From positions 9,734,001-9,798,000 of the forward strand of contig CM068757.1 in NCBI GenBank assembly GCA_035084275.1: a DNA stretch of 64,000 nt. The letters run 5' to 3'. Positions 59,101 through 64,000 of this stretch are shown here, piece by piece. The stretch is from Hydrolagus colliei (Eukaryota). The notes under the pieces are model-generated. The model ran no database searches and was not told the origin of the DNA. It saw only the letters and a program-made list of their open reading frames with translations. A program made the position numbers and the translations under genes. Numbering within the stretch: the first letter of the stretch is position 1; each line of letters opens with the position of its first letter.

Positions 59101-62100
59101 ATGTGAAAACACGTCTTGAAGATACGATAAGGCGCTATATTTAATGCAAGTATTATTATTGTTATTACTATGCCACCGTGAAACCTCTTCTCAATTTTTC
59201 ATTCCTCTTCTTTGCAGCTCAGCCGAATGTAACTCTGTTTCCACAGCCTTTTACAGTTCTGTTTGGTTTAACAATGTTTATGAAATGTAGCGCGACTGGA
59301 TTTTACCCTCAGGAGCTTGAAATCATCTGGTACAAGATATCACATGAGAAAACGCAAAACATTTCAGCGAAAAGCTACAATAAAGGGCTTATTGTGAACA
59401 ATGATAAAACATTTAGCATTTCCACCTTAATGCCCATTGTGCCGACTCTGGATGATACTGGGAGTAAGTACAGGTGTGTAGTAAAGCACCGGTCATTAGC
59501 TGAGGATCGTGCCATGGAAGCGGAACTCCTTGTCCATGGTAGGTTTCATTTCCAAGAGGAATCCATTACTTTATTAATGTGCTGAATTTTTCTTTTTTAT
59601 GCTCTTTACACAGTTTCAATACTGGAATAAATGATTGCCACAACGTTTTTGAAAAGAAAGTTCAGTGAATGCTGGCAAATGTCAGATTGGCACTTTGCCT
59701 ATAAGAGAATCACAAGAGAGATTTCAGTAAAGAGTCCCATTGGCCCATTTGATTGTATGCTTCTAGCATCAAGTTGATTCTTAAATGTGTCTTGTGCCTT
59801 TACCTACATTACCCTTGGTGGGATACCAATCCAGCAGTGTGAAACACTTTGAGACATAATGATCTGAAAGGTGCTGTATAACAGCAATCAATCAGCCAGC
59901 CATAACATAAATTGGATAGTGTGTTTGTAATTTCAACCCTTAGAAATTTCTAAAGTTATTTGGGGATGGTTATCTGAGAGCTTGTATTGAATAACTTAAA
60001 CAGTACAGAGTTGATACCAAAATAAAGTTAGTTTTGCCTCAATGTAAGCACCTGGCCCATTCAGGTCTGATATAAGTACTGTAAAATGGTTTATTGATCG
60101 GTTGCTTAAATTGATTCTCAATGTTTCAAGCAATTACAGAATGTAACAACTGTAATATTGGTGGATTCATTGGAGTAATCATTGCTCTGTCAGTGTGTGT
60201 CTCAATTCTCATCGGATTTGTTACCTGGGATAAATGGCAAAAAGGTAAGCTACATTTATCGACCTGAAAATACAAATTACTATTATTAAAATCTTCTATT
60301 ATTTCCATATTTCATTGAAAGCTGTGTAGTTATGACCAAATGGGGATTTTCCTCACCAGAACCACAATGCAGATGGAGCACAAGTAATAGTTAATAGTTA
60401 AACTAAGAAAAGTAGTTTTTTGGACAATGTCCCCCATGAATGGGGTATCCCATTTAAACTGAGTGGTGCCTTTGTTACGCATATACTAGGAAATTCCATC
60501 AGTGCTTCACATCACCAAACCAACTGCAAAACAACAACAAAATAATAACAAAATAATATTTGTATAGTGCCTTTCACATCGGGAGGATGTCCCAAGGCGC
60601 TGAAACCCACAATGGAATTTTTACTTCTCAGTGTTTTACAGAGACTTTCTGCATTATTACACTTGGCCGGTTAGCCATTTTGGAAGATATTCTGTTATGA
60701 GTTTACCTAAATAATATTTACATTCACACGCTGCAAAAACATGGTCTTCAAAATATTAAAGTTCCCACCAAACGTTTTATGAATTGTAAGCATTGTGAAA
60801 TCACGCACTTTTGTTTCTGGTTACGTTCCCTAGGAAAGAATAAGAAATCAAAGGATGAAGAAGTGTGTGAACTGTTGACTCAATTGGGTGAAGGGGCTAA
60901 TGCCACTGCTGATGTTTCTCAGGAACGAACCTTTGTATCAAATATTTACGAAACGGTCCCAGATAGTGGTCAACTTCAAACTTGTAACCTCACACAGAGA
61001 GAACTGCCCCAAACCCAAAAGGGTAAGTAAAATGTTAATGCTATCCTGGTATGGCACCTTGAAAGCCCTCCATGGCCTGGCTCCTTCCTACCTTTGTTAC
61101 CTGCTAACTAAATATTGACCTGAATGCTCCTTTTGCTCAGCAGTCTCTAGCCTGCTCCAAGTTCCCTTCCTGATCCATCCCATAATCGGGGGTTGAAAAT
61201 ACAACCTTACTTGAATTACTGGATGAAATTGTTGGGAAGGTACATTTAGAATTGTGCTACACTTCATATTGTCATTCATTTGAAAATGTTTCCATCAGTT
61301 CTTCTATCCCGTGAATTACTGTAATTTCTGCTCATTACACCTTGTATTTTCCTGATCTCCATTGTTTGATCATAGGAGTTCTGCGAAATGATGGAGAGAC
61401 ATCCAATGAAAGAGATAAACTCCTGTACTCTACAGGTGATGAGATATCGCAGGATGAAAATCTGCTTCCAGCAAGCAATGCTGATCCAGGTGTGATAGCC
61501 CTAACAATAGAATTGATTGAGAATAAACTCCCACTGAGAATAGGATCTTGCTTAAGTTAAACTAAGAAGGACTATCACTCTGAGTCCTGTAGCTCAATTG
61601 TTAGAGCATGCATTCGATCTGTGTTCCAATCGAAGCAGGTCAGGGCAAAACCTTGGGCAAGCCTAATAATAATCTCTCCAAACAATAAAATAAAACAATT
61701 GGTCGTTTCAATCCACGACTGTTTGTGGGTTATTGCTGTGCGCAATTGGCTACCGCGTTTCACCCACAAATATACTGTCAATTCACTTTACAGTATATTC
61801 TGTGAAGCGCTTTGAGACGTCTAGAAGATGTGAAAAGCGCTATATCAAATGCAAGGATTATTATTATTATCATTCTGTATAAATTGTGACACTTGGATAT
61901 AAAAGCAGAAAAACGACAAGGAAATATGAGAGTACTGTATAGGTAAACCCGCACAAATCGTCTTACTGTCAATCTTATAATCATCTCTGCACCTGAGTCC
62001 CATACAGTTTTCTACCAAAAAACGTTTAATATTCTTTGCACTGGTCATTTTTACAAGATGACAATGAAATGGCTAAATCTTAACTTTTTTTGTTCCCAAA

Positions 62101-63733
62101 TAATCTTAAATCTTATTACAAATCATCTCCAAACTTCTATCGCTGCTTGCAACCGTACTTACTGGTTGCATTGATGAATAATTGAATGCAAAGTCCTGTG
62201 TTTCTAACAGTAAAGCCAACAAAATTAGGTCATCACCCGTCATCATGGTGCTGTAGATTGTCATGGCCCAAAGACAGTTAATGTTACTGTAAGAATGACA
62301 AACGTAACTTTGTGAAAGTCATATTAAGTCAATTGATACAACTTAAGTGAGTTTGCCCAAATATAGTATTTGTATTTCCAACAAATTGTATTAAATGTTA
62401 TCCCGATGCATACCACTTATGCAAGTTTATATTTCACGTGAAGGCGCTTTATAAATTCAAGGTGTTTTTGTTGTAATGTAGATTCCTTAGACTTTGTTTG
62501 AAGTTACAGTTGTGAAGCATCCAATGATGTTGTTCTGGTTGCTTTTCACATTGGCTCTCATGCTGTTTTTTTATGACCTGTGCTTTCCATCTTTTTTCAA
62601 TGTAATAGCAGCAATGACGACACACTCTGAACCAACAGGAAAACCTGAAGCAGATGGAAACCAGTTTGCTCAAATTCAAGGAGACAATGATTCAAGAACA
62701 CGTAAGGAATCTGAAAATAAACATAAAAATGAACAGAAAGAAATTGGTGAAGATGGTCAGAGAAATGACGGTGAATTGTGTGGAAGAATCTTATGTAAAA
62801 TAATTCAATATATAAAGTATCAAGAATTTAAAGAGAGTCATCTCTGTTCAACACCATACCTCATATATTTCATGACAATATATTTATATGAATGATAAAG
62901 AGTATTTAGCCTAAAATAGATCCCTGCAGAAATCCACTTGCTTCTCTTGTGAGTCTGCAGTTACAGTTCTGAAGCTTTGTAGAATCCAATGATGTTGTTC
63001 ATGTTACCTTTCACATTGGCTCTCATGCTGTTTTCAATGACGATACACTCTGAACCAACAGGAAAAACTGAAGCAGATGGAAACCTGTTCGTTCAAACTC
63101 CAGGAGACAATGATTCAAGAACACACGTGGAAGCTGAAAACAAACAGCAAAATGAACAGAAAGAAATTGGTAACGAGGGACAGGAAAATGAAGGTGAATT
63201 GTGTGAAGTATCTTATGTAGAATAATGAAAAATTGAAAGTATCAAGAATTTAAAGAGTCATCTCTGTTCAAAACTATACGTCATATGTTTCGGGACAATA
63301 TATATATATGAATGATGAAGGAAGTTGTTTCCCCTCTGATTTCAATGTCTTTTGTGACAGTTTGTTTGAGTGAAACCCGTGAGACCCAAGTTAATAGAAA
63401 ACAAAGTGAAGACAAACAAAATGGAAACAACCCTGATAAAACTGAAACAAAACCAGAAAGTGCCACAGCAGTGAATAAGGCGGCTCCTGAACAAACAGGT
63501 TTAGTATTGATAGATCTGAAAGTGAAATAATATTTTGAATGAAGTCCCATTGTCAGCAAATATGTATTTTGGCACTTTGCACCTTGTATTTTCACTGCTG
63601 GACCTTTCTTTTTTTATTGCAGTATCTTCACTAAATCTTGATCTGACAAACAATAAAGATAAGCACTCGAACACCGACGGTGACCCAACACCAAATGCAG
63701 CAAATCTGCCTGTGGCTAGTAATGCTAATCAAG
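56196..63733 (+). CDS. Gene 4: tandem duplicate of gene 3, leader-V-C1-TM-acidic tail, 3' end beyond the window
   Basis: Exons 56196-56247, 58065-58403, 59218-59538, 60140-60244, 60834-61022, 61376-61489, 62609-62746, 63361-63498, 63623-63733. All GT-AG, phase 1. Confidence 0.8.
56575..56990 (-). mobile_element. Near full-length tRNA-derived Deu-type SINE
   Basis: Reverse-complement head (...ctacaggattc), gtcccacaaacag core and ataataatccttgcattt tail. Confidence 0.75.
58065..58403 (+). CDS. Gene 4 IgV exon
   Basis: VVLECKVSG...VQW...[26 protein letters not shown]; 339 nt. Confidence 0.92.
59218..59538 (+). CDS. Gene 4 IgC1 exon
   Basis: MKCSATGFYPQELEIIW...YRCVVKH; 321 nt. Confidence 0.92.
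60140..60244 (+). CDS. Gene 4 TM exon
   Basis: ECNNCNIGGFIGVIIALSVCVSILIGFVTWDKWQK; 105 nt. Confidence 0.85.
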
Positions 63734-64000
63734 GTAATGATCAGTGGAGACCTCAGTGGTTAGTGGACTTGCCGACATGTTGAGCCTATCCATTCACAAG
63801 TGGCTTCAACATCAACAACTTTGATTCATATAGCACCATCCAAGCCGGGTGGCATATCAGAGCGCTTTCATCCAGGGATCCAAACCAGGTTCCTCTTTCT
63901 TGTGAGGCAACATATATAAAGTATCAAGAATTTAAAGAGAGTCATCTCTGTTCAACACTATACCTCATATTTCAGGACAATATATTTATATAAATGATGA

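Overview
Vertebrate genomic DNA, probably from a cartilaginous fish (inferred from DeuSINE/SacSINE1-like, HE1/HER1-like CR1 and L2 repeats). It holds a tandem + strand cluster of B7-family, NCR3LG1/B7-H6-like Ig-superfamily type I membrane genes, modelled by hand from GT-AG sites; all internal exons are phase 1-1. Gene 0: only its last exon, at the left edge. Gene 1 (2820-16642, ~1003 aa): leader-IgV-IgC1-TM, then five further Ig-like exons downstream of the TM. Gene 2 (21592-31455, ~892 aa): leader-IgC1-TM plus five such post-TM exons, with no V exon. Genes 3 (34933-53379) and 4 (56196 to beyond the right edge): leader-V-C1-TM with long acidic low-complexity tails built from many small exons; in gene 3 these are amplified by a ~1.88 kb x4 tandem array. 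Main discovery candidate: ten intact, predicted-cytoplasmic C1-derived Ig domains. All ten replace the canonical Cys(B)-Trp(C)-Cys(F) core with Trp(B)-non-Trp(C)-aliphatic(F) plus an invariant E-strand Cys. All four complete promoters carry the same AGTGAAAGTGAAAG IRF/ISRE element; genes 1/2 add a GAS and genes 3/4 a kB-like site. All counts are by hand, and family assignment and novelty need database checks.
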